From Acidobacteriota bacterium (lineage in GTDB: Bacteria > Acidobacteriota > Thermoanaerobaculia > Multivoradales > J023): a DNA stretch of 64,000 nucleotides. Location: the NCBI GenBank assembly GCA_029263395.1, contig JAJCXO010000208.1, positions 79,892 through 143,891 of the forward strand, written 5' to 3'. A program made the translations under genes and the position numbers. Positions 19,479-29,201 of the stretch are shown one piece after another. Each line of letters starts with the position of its first letter. Within the stretch, counting starts at the first letter, position 1. The notes under the pieces were generated by a model. It was not told where the DNA came from and ran no database searches. It saw only the letters and a program-made list of their open reading frames with translations.

Positions 19479-22400
19479 GGTCCAGCAGTCGCCCAAGGGC
19501 CTGCGATCTCGACCTTCTGCATACCTTCTCGAGCCCAAATTCGAGGGTCGTACATCGCTTCTGCCTCCACCGATGGGATAGTAAATCGGCCGGCAGTGAC
19601 AGCGCGAGCGGCGTAGACGACTTTACGAACCTCACCCTTCTTCAGGTGGCCGAAGAGTTCGATGCGATCATCACGTAGGTCGAGATGATCAACCTGCCAA
19701 AGCTGATCGGCGTCGAGCCAGCTGATGGCGGAGCCGCGGCCGAGGCGCGGATTCTCTATCTCCCAACCCGCGGGGATGCGGTCGACCAGGGCAATGTTGG
19801 AGATTCGCTCGGCACTGTTGTTGCGCAAGGTCAGCTCAACGTGGACAAGATCCCCCAGCGTCTGACCAAGGTTGAGGTCGAGCGGTTGCCCGGCGGCATC
19901 CAGGTAGCGTCGGGACAACAGCAAGCCTTCGCCGCCGGTACGCCAGTCTGGGACGGTGCGTACCCCTTCGCTGGCCAGGATCAAATAAAGCTTGCCATCA
20001 CCTATTGACGGTATGTCGAGCTCCAACTCTCGGTACTCGCTGGCCCGCACCAGGCTCCAGGTCCGGTCCGCCGTCTTGCGTTGGCTCGGCTGCGGGGTCA
20101 GGCGTTTGCCTTGGGCGAGGAGCTGTGGTGGATCAAAATCTTCGGCTCCGGCCTCGAGGTATTTGCCGAGGCCAGTGATGCCCCACACCAGCTCCTGGGT
20201 GGTATACCAGCGGCTGTGATGGCCCCGCAATCCCTCCGCCACGAGCTGAGCCAGGCTATCGCCGGCAGCATCGGAGCCGAAGAGGTCGGCGAACGTCGAG
20301 AGCATGAAGCCCCGACGTCTGCGATCAGAATAAAACGACCAGCCGTTGTCGCGGTGGTCACTGAGCGTCGACAGATCTGGACGTCTGAGCTGGTTCTCGT
20401 ACCGTTGGTCACCGGCTTCGTACAGTGCAGCCTGCAACATGTAGAGGTGCTCCCGCTGTTCCCGACGAGGGCTCTTCGGCATCTCCTGAATCAGTTTTTC
20501 GGCGCGTGCTTGCCGTGCGCGACCGGCCCGGGCGAGGACCAAGTGCATGTAAGGCTCGGAGTTGCTGCTGTACCAACTGTTGCGCTGACGTCCAGCTTCG
20601 AAGGTGTTGGTGATCTGCCGGTCCATCCAGTCGAGGGCATCATCGAGCCGCTCTTGCGTCACCTCGTATCCCAGTTTCTGGGCGTCGAGCAACAGGTGCG
20701 TGGCATAGGCGGTGCCCCAATAGGCGGGCTCGGAAGCCCCCGGCCAATAGGCGAATCCACCGTCCGGCGTTTGCATCGACAGCAGACGTCGTAGGCCATG
20801 CTGCACCATATCTTCGATGTTCTTATCGGCGAGAAGCGCCGGGTCGACGCTGTTGACGAAATTGGCGAGGTAGAGCAGTGGGCGAGTGCTGGAAGTGGTT
20901 TGTTCGAGACAACCGTAGGGATACCGCAGCAAGTGCTCGAGGTGAGAGAAGGTGTCGCCATAGGGATTGTTGGTGACCCAGATCGTCGATCGTTCGCTGA
21001 GGGGTACCCAGCCATCGAGTAACGGTGTCAGGTCGAGGCGGCCTTCTTCGAGCTCGATGCGTTGTACGCGTCGGCTTTTGGGGCCGGCGGGTAGCAACGG
21101 CACATCGCTGTGTTCTATCGATGTGTCCTGGCCCGAACGGGCCACGACCTCGAGCCGTGCCGCTCCCGACGATCTGAGCGCTCGGGTCCGAAAGACGACG
21201 GTGTCGCTGGCGCCGTGATCGAGGGTCAGGGTTCGACGGGTGGGCCCCACGATTTCGACGGGTGATGAGTTCGAGTCTAAAGTTCCGGCATCGAGCCCAC
21301 CGATGTCGAGGGCTGCGGCGCTCAGACTGACATCGATTTCGCGGCGAGTCCCCGAGACATTGGTGACGAAAACCGGGACCCGAATGTCGTCATCGCGAGT
21401 CAGGAAACGAGGCAAAGTGGCCTGCACCACCAATGGATCACGGACCGTCACCTGGGCGTCGGCGCGGGCCATCGAACGGCCATCGGCGGCTACTGCCATG
21501 ATCCTGAGTTCGCCCCGATACTGGGGCACCTCGAAGTCGACTTCGAGCTTGCCGGACGCCGGTACCTCCACCAACCCCGACCACAAGGCTACCGGTTTAA
21601 CGGGTTGCACTCGTCCCAAGCTGCCAGCGCCGTCACCGCCGGTAGTCGCCGAAGGCCCGGAGGGTGGCACCAACAGGGTCCACCCGATGGTCTCGAAGGT
21701 TTCGACCCCGAGGGCCCGCCGGGCGAAGATATCGCTGAATGGATCGGGACTCTGGAAACGGGTGAGGGAGAGTATGCCTTCATCGACGGCGGCAACCGTG
21801 GCATAGGTAGGTCCGTCTCCGGCACCGAGGTCGAGGGCAACCGTCAGCCGAGTGTTGGAGCGCACCTCCGAAGGTACATCGAGTTGGAGGGGACGGGTAA
21901 AGTCTCGTGGCTCGACGGTGACCGATTGAACGCCGAAGGCGCGATCGGGAAGGAAGGCCTGGGGCGAGTCGAGATGAGGGTCTTTGACCAGGAACGCGGT
22001 GACATAAACGTTGGGGGTGAACTCCTCGAGCTCAACCTGCCACACAGCATCGCCAGCGTCGACGTCCATCCACTCGCTGCGCAACAGTTTGTCGGTCTCC
22101 GCAGTCAGCAGGACTCTGCCACCATAGGGAACCTTGAAGTGCACCGGGAAGGGAGTACCAGCCTGAACCACCGGTGGAGTCTCGAGGGAGAGCCAGGCCG
22201 GGCGGCCAGGACGTGGTGTCAGGTCGACCTCGGTCTCGTCCGGTGCCCAGTAGTACCAGTCACCGTGGCCCTCGAGCTCGAGGTCGGTGCGGGCGGCGCC
22301 GGCCTGGGCCCGCACCAGAAAACCGACCGCGTCACGGCCCGGTTTCCAGGTGGCGCGGAACTTACCGTCAATGACCGACACTGAGGTCGACGACTCGGTC

Positions 22401-25132
22401 ACCGGCCGCAGGTAGCGGCGATAAGTCTCGTGGCCGCGAGTCTCGTCATAGGTCCAGCCGTATTCGGTTTCCAATCGAATGAATTCGAGCTCCACCGCTT
22501 CGGTCTCTCGGGACAAAGCGCCCTGCCAGTCGACGGTCACACCCTCCACCACCAGCTCGTTTCCAGCTCCGACTTTGGTTGTACCCGACATCAAACCGAT
22601 GTAGAAACTTTCGGGATGCACCGGTGCCGTCGCTTGATTGACGGTGGTCCGTCCGCTGCCGCTCTCAAAAACCGCAGCGCGGGCAACCAGTTCGGCAGGA
22701 CCACTGAAACCTCCGGCACGGCCTGCTCCGGGGCAGGAAAAGGTACCGGCCCCGACGTCGTCGAGTTCAGCGGTTATCGAGCCGAGCGCCAACGGTCGCA
22801 CCGGGCTATTCTCGGGGCGCCACACACCATAGTGGAAATTGCTGTTGCTCTCAGGCAGGAAATTGCTCGGGGCGATCTCGCAGCTGACTTCCACTTTGTG
22901 TTTTGCCGGGACGCCGCCGAACAGGTAGCGTGAGGCCACCGTTACTGCCATCGATTCGCCTAAGAGATACTCCGGGTCGGCGGTCTCAACCTCGACTTTC
23001 ATGCGCTCGGGGACAAACTCTTCAACCTGGAAGCGGTATTGGCCGATCGGGTGATCAGCAACCTCTAATTGGGCCTCATAACGACCGGTGGTGGCAAACG
23101 CTGCAAAATCGACGTCGAGTTCGACGAAGCCGGCGGCGTTGGTGGTTAGCGTAGTGCGCTTCAGTACCTTGCCGCGGGGATCGGTGAGTTTGGCGACCAC
23201 CGGCATGTCAGCTGGCGGCGCTAGATGATCGTGCTGGCGCACGATCGCTGCTAGATGGGCCGTTTCACCGGGCCGGTAAACGCCGCGGTCGCTGTACAGC
23301 GAGGCGCGATACTTTCGAGTTTCATCACCATAGGGTTCACCCGCGATGCGGGTCTCCTGCACCTCGGCCTCGAGCTCTGAGAACTTGAGATAGGTCAGAT
23401 CATCGTCGGCGATGGCGAGCAGAGCGAACGGGGAAGTTGGATCGAGCTCCTCGGCAGAGGCCTGCAGATCACAGCCGCCGTCGCGCCCAGTCTTACAGGT
23501 TGAGAGGGCGTAACCACTCTTGCGAATCAGTCGAATCTCAGCACCACGGACCGGTGCCAGGCTATCCATGTCCAGCGCCCAGGCGCGAACCGTTGGCCGA
23601 TTTTCGCCGCCCGAGCGTTTGGCAATCAGGTGAAGATCGGTCAGCAAGATACGGGCGGTGTCTTTGGCGGCTCCAGCTTCCACTCGCAGTTCGATCAATC
23701 CACGGGTTGTCGGTGGTACCAGCGAGGCCAGATCGACATAAGTTGTCGACTCGACATCGGTATCGCCCCCGAGTGCGATCTGTTGCCGTATAACAAGATT
23801 GCTGGTTCGTTCGCTGGCAGATTCGTCGCTGTCGTCTCCCATCCAAAAGACCAAATTCTCGGCCGGCACATGGCGGATCGACAGGGTGGCGCCGCTGACA
23901 TTGCGATGGCGGACCGGGAGTGAGGTCCAGGCAGTGCGGGGCAAGTAGCGACCCTTGGAGACAAAGCGAACAGTAGGACTCCGCGCCGGAACCGTGAAGT
24001 CCGTGCTGTAGGCCTCGTGGAACATGCCGCCGTCGGCGGTCCGAACCCCGGACTCGATCCGCATGTGATAGCTGCCTCGTGCAAAGTCACCAAAAATCCG
24101 AAAGCCGCCGCCCGCTGGCGACACCGTGTAGTCCACCGGTGGCTCGAAGTGAATCCCAAAGGCGGCATCGGCTTCGTTCGGTTGGCAGCGGGTTGAGACC
24201 TCGTAATACTCCCGCTGACTTCGGTCCCAGTAATAACGTCGGGAGCCGACCGAGGTGTCGTTGCAGATCACCTGGAGGTAGAACCCACTGGCGCCTTCAG
24301 CACGGTAGCTGGCGAGGATCTTGGCCATTGGCCCGACGCTGAGATCGGCAGACGCGGTGCTGTGGTCTGTGACCAAGTCGCCATCGAGCGCGCTCGGCAC
24401 TCCTTCGGACAGCGTCAAATCCAGGCGCCCGCCTCCCTGCAGACTGTTGCTAGTGAGCTGAGCAAGGATGATGTGGGGTTCTGGACCGGGTCCGAATCGC
24501 ACCTTGACATCGTGTCGAGCACGGCCGTCTTTGCCGATCACCGCGATGCGTGCCCGTTCCGCCACCTGTTTTGGATCGACCGCACTCGAAAAGATCAATT
24601 GCGCCTCGGCCCGTTTGCGCGGGTAGTCGATCGAGGTCAGCGAGAAGCGTGCGAAGTCGAAGTTGGGGGTGGTGAAGACGCGAACCCAGCGACCGGCTGC
24701 GGGAGCGGTGAGGACGCCCGCTGGTGTTTCGAGGGAGGTCAACTCAACCTCGTAGCGTGTGTTGGGGCGAAAGCCTCGAGTCGGCTGAAAGGTGAGTGTG
24801 GTCGGGCTCGTGAAGCGTAGCTGGCCTTCCAGGGTTGGTTCGATACGCAACTCTGTACCAGCGAGGGCCTGCCCGATCTGAGCCTCCTCGACAACCGGTT
24901 TTGCCAGCTCGATGACGATCTTGGTTGGACCGACACCAGACTCGGCAACTTCGCGGATGATCGGTGCCAGCTCTTCCGGGCTGAGTTTTGGCGGCGGTGA
25001 TGTCGCTGGGGCAGTGATCGACTCAGACGGAATCTGAGAAGTCGATTGGCTCTCGCTCGACGGCTCGCGGGAGCAGCCGAGGGCGGCAAGAGAGAGGCAG
25101 AGGGCCGTTATTGCTTTACGACATCCGAACAT
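19457..25132 (-). CDS. Alpha-2-macroglobulin family lipoprotein (YfhM-like) with an intact thioester motif.
   Basis: 1891 aa. Lipobox signal MFGCRKAITALCLSLAALGC-S. Thioester CLEQ in ...RYPYGCLEQTTSS.... GGAGG SD. It lies immediately upstream of pbpC in the same orientation. Confidence 0.85.
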   Translation of the reverse strand: MFGCRKAITALCLSLAALGCSREPSSESQSTSQIPSESITAPATSPPPKLSPEELAPIIREVAESGVGPTKIVIELAKPVVEEAQIGQALAGTELRIEPTLEGQLRFTSPTTLTFQPTRGFRPNTRYEVELTSLETPAGVLTAPAAGRWVRVFTTPNFDFARFSLTSIDYPRKRAEAQLIFSSAVDPKQVAERARIAVIGKDGRARHDVKVRFGPGPEPHIILAQLTSNSLQGGGRLDLTLSEGVPSALDGDLVTDHSTASADLSVGPMAKILASYRAEGASGFYLQVICNDTSVGSRRYYWDRSQREYYEVSTRCQPNEADAAFGIHFEPPVDYTVSPAGGGFRIFGDFARGSYHMRIESGVRTADGGMFHEAYSTDFTVPARSPTVRFVSKGRYLPRTAWTSLPVRHRNVSGATLSIRHVPAENLVFWMGDDSDESASERTSNLVIRQQIALGGDTDVESTTYVDLASLVPPTTRGLIELRVEAGAAKDTARILLTDLHLIAKRSGGENRPTVRAWALDMDSLAPVRGAEIRLIRKSGYALSTCKTGRDGGCDLQASAEELDPTSPFALLAIADDDLTYLKFSELEAEVQETRIAGEPYGDETRKYRASLYSDRGVYRPGETAHLAAIVRQHDHLAPPADMPVVAKLTDPRGKVLKRTTLTTNAAGFVELDVDFAAFATTGRYEAQLEVADHPIGQYRFQVEEFVPERMKVEVETADPEYLLGESMAVTVASRYLFGGVPAKHKVEVSCEIAPSNFLPESNSNFHYGVWRPENSPVRPLALGSITAELDDVGAGTFSCPGAGRAGGFSGPAELVARAAVFESGSGRTTVNQATAPVHPESFYIGLMSGTTKVGAGNELVVEGVTVDWQGALSRETEAVELEFIRLETEYGWTYDETRGHETYRRYLRPVTESSTSVSVIDGKFRATWKPGRDAVGFLVRAQAGAARTDLELEGHGDWYYWAPDETEVDLTPRPGRPAWLSLETPPVVQAGTPFPVHFKVPYGGRVLLTAETDKLLRSEWMDVDAGDAVWQVELEEFTPNVYVTAFLVKDPHLDSPQAFLPDRAFGVQSVTVEPRDFTRPLQLDVPSEVRSNTRLTVALDLGAGDGPTYATVAAVDEGILSLTRFQSPDPFSDIFARRALGVETFETIGWTLLVPPSGPSATTGGDGAGSLGRVQPVKPVALWSGLVEVPASGKLEVDFEVPQYRGELRIMAVAADGRSMARADAQVTVRDPLVVQATLPRFLTRDDDIRVPVFVTNVSGTRREIDVSLSAAALDIGGLDAGTLDSNSSPVEIVGPTRRTLTLDHGASDTVVFRTRALRSSGAARLEVVARSGQDTSIEHSDVPLLPAGPKSRRVQRIELEEGRLDLTPLLDGWVPLSERSTIWVTNNPYGDTFSHLEHLLRYPYGCLEQTTSSTRPLLYLANFVNSVDPALLADKNIEDMVQHGLRRLLSMQTPDGGFAYWPGASEPAYWGTAYATHLLLDAQKLGYEVTQERLDDALDWMDRQITNTFEAGRQRNSWYSSNSEPYMHLVLARAGRARQARAEKLIQEMPKSPRREQREHLYMLQAALYEAGDQRYENQLRRPDLSTLSDHRDNGWSFYSDRRRRGFMLSTFADLFGSDAAGDSLAQLVAEGLRGHHSRWYTTQELVWGITGLGKYLEAGAEDFDPPQLLAQGKRLTPQPSQRKTADRTWSLVRASEYRELELDIPSIGDGKLYLILASEGVRTVPDWRTGGEGLLLSRRYLDAAGQPLDLNLGQTLGDLVHVELTLRNNSAERISNIALVDRIPAGWEIENPRLGRGSAISWLDADQLWQVDHLDLRDDRIELFGHLKKGEVRKVVYAARAVTAGRFTIPSVEAEAMYDPRIWAREGMQKVEIAGPWATAGPITPGAE

Positions 25133-25309
25133 CAGAATTCCTCCGGCGGCGTTGGGTAGGACAGACAGCCTCAGTCTATCGCCTTGTTGATGGCGACCTG
25201 ATGGCAGAACTTAGGCAATCCAAAGACTGAGGTAATAAAGTCAAACCTTCGGTCCGTTTTGTGCGTCCTATGGGGTGAGCGGAAACCTCTCGACAAGGAG
25301 AAAGATTCG

Positions 25310-26119
25310 ATGCGTAGCCCTTTCAAGACGTCATTCCATCGCACAAGTCTGTCGCTAGCCATATCCTTTGCCGCCTTCGGAGCGATCGCGGCTGTGCCTG
25401 CAGTCGCTGATGACTGTGACCATCGCGCACCCCGAGAAGACACCTTGGACGCTGCCGGCGTCAAGCTTATCGAGATCGATGCTGGCGCCGGTTTTCTGCG
25501 AGTTGAAGGTGTCAAGGGTAGTGAGGTGAAGGTTGTTGGCGAAGCCTGTGCCTCGAGTTCTAGCCTGCTCGAAGACACTCAACTCACGGTTCGACGATCC
25601 GGTGATCGTATCCGGGTGATTGCCGAAATTCCCGAAAGTAGCTGGGGGCGTTCGACGGCCCGCCTTGATCTCGACATTGAGGTGCCATCGGGTGTTGCGG
25701 TTGAGATTGATGACGGGTCTGGCGAGATCGAAGTCCGAGGCGTAGCGTCAGCCAATATCGACGATGGCTCCGGCGAGATCGAAGTTTCAGACATCGCGGG
25801 TGATCTGGAGATCGAGGACGGCTCCGGCGAGATCGATATCGAAGGGGTAGGCGGCGAAGTCCGTATCAGCGATGGTTCCGGTGAGATCGAGGTGCGCTCG
25901 GTGGGGTCGGTGCTGATTGAGGAAGACGGTTCGGGTGAGATCGATATCGAAGGTGTCGATGGCGATGTGATGGTGCGCAGCGACGGCTCGGGTTCGATTT
26001 CAGTGCGCGACGTCGAAGGTGACTTCACCGTCCGCCGTGACGGTTCGGGTGGTATCGATCACCGGGCAGTGGCGGGTCGGGTCGAGATCCCTGACGACGA
26101 CAAAGACCGTTGGAACTAG
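25310..26119 (+). CDS. DUF4097-like secreted repeat protein (putative adhesin / beta-helical).
   Basis: The ATG at 25310 follows AAGGAGAAAG. Signal peptide. About seven ~17-aa repeats containing DGSGEIEV (DNA repeat ggctccggcgagatcgaagt at about 25700-26060). The ORF-track start at 25259 is a TTG. Confidence 0.6.
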   Translation: MRSPFKTSFHRTSLSLAISFAAFGAIAAVPAVADDCDHRAPREDTLDAAGVKLIEIDAGAGFLRVEGVKGSEVKVVGEACASSSSLLEDTQLTVRRSGDRIRVIAEIPESSWGRSTARLDLDIEVPSGVAVEIDDGSGEIEVRGVASANIDDGSGEIEVSDIAGDLEIEDGSGEIDIEGVGGEVRISDGSGEIEVRSVGSVLIEEDGSGEIDIEGVDGDVMVRSDGSGSISVRDVEGDFTVRRDGSGGIDHRAVAGRVEIPDDDKDRWN

Positions 26120-26131
26120 ATCGCAGGACCT

Positions 26132-26803
26132 TCAAGTCGGTGGGAGAACCATCTCACCTTCGACGGTGCCTTCGACCAGGATAGTCACCTGGTTGTTGGT
26201 CAGCTCGAAGGTGTCGGCATGACCGAGCACGGTCGATTCCGTCGGTAGTTTTGCGATCAGCCCAGCCATCTGAGCCGCCACCAGTCCCTTGAACGGGCCG
26301 TACAGCGGCAGATGGCCAACCCGCAGCGATTGCAGCTTCAAGGACGACGCGTTGTTGCGGGTCTGTTCGTCGAGCGCTTGGCTTGTGACACGGGCCTCGA
26401 ACACCAGCGGCACGATCAGCATACGACCGGTGACATACAGCGTCGCCGTCCCGGCTTCGAGATCAACGTCGAGGTCAGTAAGTCCGAGGGTGAGTCCTTG
26501 CGACTGCTGTGAGTGTTGGTTCTGGCCGACCAAGCGGTCGAGATGGGCATTGATCTCGAGCTCGCTGAGCTCTCGGCGGACCGTATGCCCGGTGGCGACT
26601 GCCATCGCGAGAGTGCCGAGCTTACGGCCGCAGTTTGCGGCCGCCTCAGTGTTGTTCTCGGCGTCGGCTCGTTGCACCGTAACGACCGGCGGCCACAACG
26701 CAAGGCCGACTATCGCCAGCACCACCACCGAGAGCCCGGTGCGCAGGGCGCGCCGTCGCCACGGCGATGGCGCGTCCTCGAGAGCGTAGCCTGCGGAATC
26801 CAA
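26132..26803 (-). CDS. Hypothetical single-pass membrane protein.
   Basis: 223 aa with N-terminal TM segment LSVVVLAIVGLALW. It is immediately downstream of the lipoprotein gene in the same orientation. Confidence 0.45.
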   Translation of the reverse strand: MDSAGYALEDAPSPWRRRALRTGLSVVVLAIVGLALWPPVVTVQRADAENNTEAAANCGRKLGTLAMAVATGHTVRRELSELEINAHLDRLVGQNQHSQQSQGLTLGLTDLDVDLEAGTATLYVTGRMLIVPLVFEARVTSQALDEQTRNNASSLKLQSLRVGHLPLYGPFKGLVAAQMAGLIAKLPTESTVLGHADTFELTNNQVTILVEGTVEGEMVLPPT

Positions 26804-26821
26804 GAATCGATCGCCGCTGAA

Positions 26822-27517
26822 TCAGGGGACGTTGGGCGGATCGCCCGCAAAGCGTTGCAGATCGGCCAGATCAGACATCAGCTCGGCATGGAAAGCCAGC
26901 AACGTCTCCTTCGCTTTGTCTTTGAGCTTGACGCGTTCTGGGCAGTCTTTACAGTTGATCCGGTTCTGGTCGAATTCGACGATCAAGTCCACCGTCTCGG
27001 CCAGCCGTGTCGCGACCCGCTCGCGCCGTGCTGCTTCGTCCTCACGTTTGGCACGCTCCTCGCTTACCGTCTGGTCGATGGATGCGCTGATCGCCCGGGT
27101 ATCAGCACCCACCGATTCCAGCGCCTTGTGAGTCGCGTTGAGCTGTAGCTTGATGTCTTTGTTGTCCTCGGCTAGCTGGCCGAAGCCCTGCATCACGGTG
27201 GTGAAGTAGTCGTCCAAGTAGTCTGTCACCTCGCCCTGTACCTGTTCTGGAACCAGCGAGATGATGCGGTCGCGTTCGGTGTGGAACTCATTGAGGGCCA
27301 CCGGGAGGGCCTCGGTCACCGACGCTTCGACCTCGGTCCAGCGGTTGGATGCACTATCGAAACGTTCCTCCCATGCGATCACCGACGCTTCCAGCTTCAG
27401 TTTCTCCTGTTCGCAGGCCGCAAGCTGTGCCTGAGCCGCTTCCAGATCTTCTTTGGATGCGCAGCCGACGCCCAACAGCGCCAGTAGCAGGACCATGGTT
27501 ATCAATTTGTGTTGCAT
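26822..27517 (-). CDS. Hypothetical lipoprotein (231 aa).
   Basis: True start ATG at 27517 (MQHKLITMVLLLALLGVGC-AS lipobox), which is residue 295 of the ORF-track ORF 26822..28399. The upstream 294 codons are compositionally aberrant (S/T/R-rich) and are antisense to the real gene at 27711. Confidence 0.6.
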   Translation of the reverse strand: MQHKLITMVLLLALLGVGCASKEDLEAAQAQLAACEQEKLKLEASVIAWEERFDSASNRWTEVEASVTEALPVALNEFHTERDRIISLVPEQVQGEVTDYLDDYFTTVMQGFGQLAEDNKDIKLQLNATHKALESVGADTRAISASIDQTVSEERAKREDEAARRERVATRLAETVDLIVEFDQNRINCKDCPERVKLKDKAKETLLAFHAELMSDLADLQRFAGDPPNVP

Positions 27518-27710
27518 CGGAACTCCCTTGGTGGGTGTCAGCAGCGATCGAAACGAATCCGTGGCCCGCGGGGCCGACTCGGCAGTGCAGGGCGAGGGCC
27601 TGCGACCGAATGAACAAGAATGGTAACCTCTACCGTTGTGGTTTGTCTCGAACCTCGACTTTGCGTGTAGAAAGACATCAGCATGATGATCTGACCCGGA
27701 GGTTGTATTT

Positions 27711-29066
27711 ATGGTTGAATTCCTTACCTTGTTCTTGGGATTGGTCAGCGGCATCCAAACGATTGAGGTTTCGGTCACAGAAGATGTTGCCGCGGTAGAG
27801 CTGATGCTCGACGGTGAGGTTGTAGCAGAGATCGATGGCGAGCCTTGGCAAGCTGAGGTGAATCTTGGCGCGGATCTCAAACCCAGGATACTCGGCGCTA
27901 TCGCCCGCAACACCGATGGCATTGAATTGCATCGAACCGAGCAGACCATCAACACGGCCCAGTCCCGGGCGTTCCTGCGCATTGTGCTTGGTCGGACGCA
28001 ACCGGACGGCACGCGGGATGGGCGTTTGGTGTGGGTATCGGCCGAGAATGCCAAGCCGATCCGTGTTGCGGTCACTTTAGATGCTGAGCCGCTCGAGGTT
28101 GTCGCCAATCGCGCCTTCAAGCTGCCATTTGGCGAGCTGGATCCGACCCAGACCCACATCATCAATGCACAAGCCGATTTTCCTGACGACTCGGTGGCCA
28201 CCGCCACAGTATTACTCGGTGGACGATTTGCCGACAAGGTGGTATCCCAATTGACCGCGGTGCCCGTGGTGTTGTCACCGGGTGCAAACCTGCCGGGGAT
28301 GGAGCGGATGTCAGGTTGGCTGAAGAAGGGCGACCAACCCCTCGAGATCGTAGCGGTCGAGGAGCGCTCGGCGGAGGTCATCGTCGTTCGCGATCGCAAC
28401 AGCTACAACAGGCTGATCGATCTTGCGTACCGTTTTCGCGAGGCGCGACATCGGGCAGTAGGAACCCTCGGATCCAATCGCTCTGTACGTCTACTCAAGG
28501 CCACGCCCGTGCGTGATGCAGAATCCGCCGATCAATCCATCCTCTTCGACCGATTTCCGCTCTCGGAAGCGTTGAGTGAGGGATATGGTGGTGTTCCCTA
28601 CATCCTTGGCTCGCGGTTCTTTCGTGATCGCTTTTCAGCGGGCGGAGCTGATGGCCACGGCAAGCGCTCTAGGCTCGAGCAGCCGCAGCGCCTGGCTGAT
28701 GCTGTGGCCAATGCTGGCGTGTCAGCATCGGCCAGCGGATTCCTGCGGGCAGTTGTTTTGGTGCTCGGGGAGAATCCCGAAGATGGAAGCCAATGGTCGG
28801 CGTCCACGGTTCGCAGGTTCCTGACTACCATGGGGGTGCCATTTTATGTCTGGTCGACGCTCAGCGAATCGCGCCAGGCAACCGTTGGAGCTCCGGAAGG
28901 GTGGGAGCCGATCCAGGATATTTCGACTCATCCGCAATATCTCGAAGCGGTTGGCCGGTTGTCGAAGGACCTCGGGGAACAGCGGGTTTTGTGGGTGAGC
29001 GGCGAACATTTTCTGCATGATATTCAGCTCGCTTCCCATGCCGAAGGCGTGCGAATGGTGCAGTAG
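27711..29066 (+). CDS. Hypothetical secreted/periplasmic protein (451 aa).
   Basis: GGAGG SD, N-terminal hydrophobic signal, normal composition. I do not recognise a family. Confidence 0.5.
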   Translation: MVEFLTLFLGLVSGIQTIEVSVTEDVAAVELMLDGEVVAEIDGEPWQAEVNLGADLKPRILGAIARNTDGIELHRTEQTINTAQSRAFLRIVLGRTQPDGTRDGRLVWVSAENAKPIRVAVTLDAEPLEVVANRAFKLPFGELDPTQTHIINAQADFPDDSVATATVLLGGRFADKVVSQLTAVPVVLSPGANLPGMERMSGWLKKGDQPLEIVAVEERSAEVIVVRDRNSYNRLIDLAYRFREARHRAVGTLGSNRSVRLLKATPVRDAESADQSILFDRFPLSEALSEGYGGVPYILGSRFFRDRFSAGGADGHGKRSRLEQPQRLADAVANAGVSASASGFLRAVVLVLGENPEDGSQWSASTVRRFLTTMGVPFYVWSTLSESRQATVGAPEGWEPIQDISTHPQYLEAVGRLSKDLGEQRVLWVSGEHFLHDIQLASHAEGVRMVQ

Positions 29067-29201
29067 TGCCCTGTTTGTTAGCGAGCTTGGGGCTTTGACG
29101 GCCTGTGAAACCTCAAAGCATTGAAGACAAGTAGTTTGTCGATTCTTATGGCAAGGTGTTCAGAGTTGAATCATGTCGTGCTCGGCTTCGTATACTGAGG
29201 C

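Noticed and set aside
19429-19635. N-terminal extension of the PbpC ORF overlapping the alpha-2-macroglobulin gene
   Set aside because: The alpha-2-macroglobulin stop is at 19457-19459. A GGAG-preceded ATG at 19428 gives a canonical PBP N-terminus with a TM anchor, so the extension is read-through of the upstream gene in another frame.
27518-28399. Upstream 294 codons of ORF 26822..28399(-)
   Set aside because: They have S/T/R-rich nonsense composition and are antisense to the well-formed + strand gene 27711..29066. The real lipoprotein starts at the ATG at 27517 (MQHKLITMVLLLALLGVGC).
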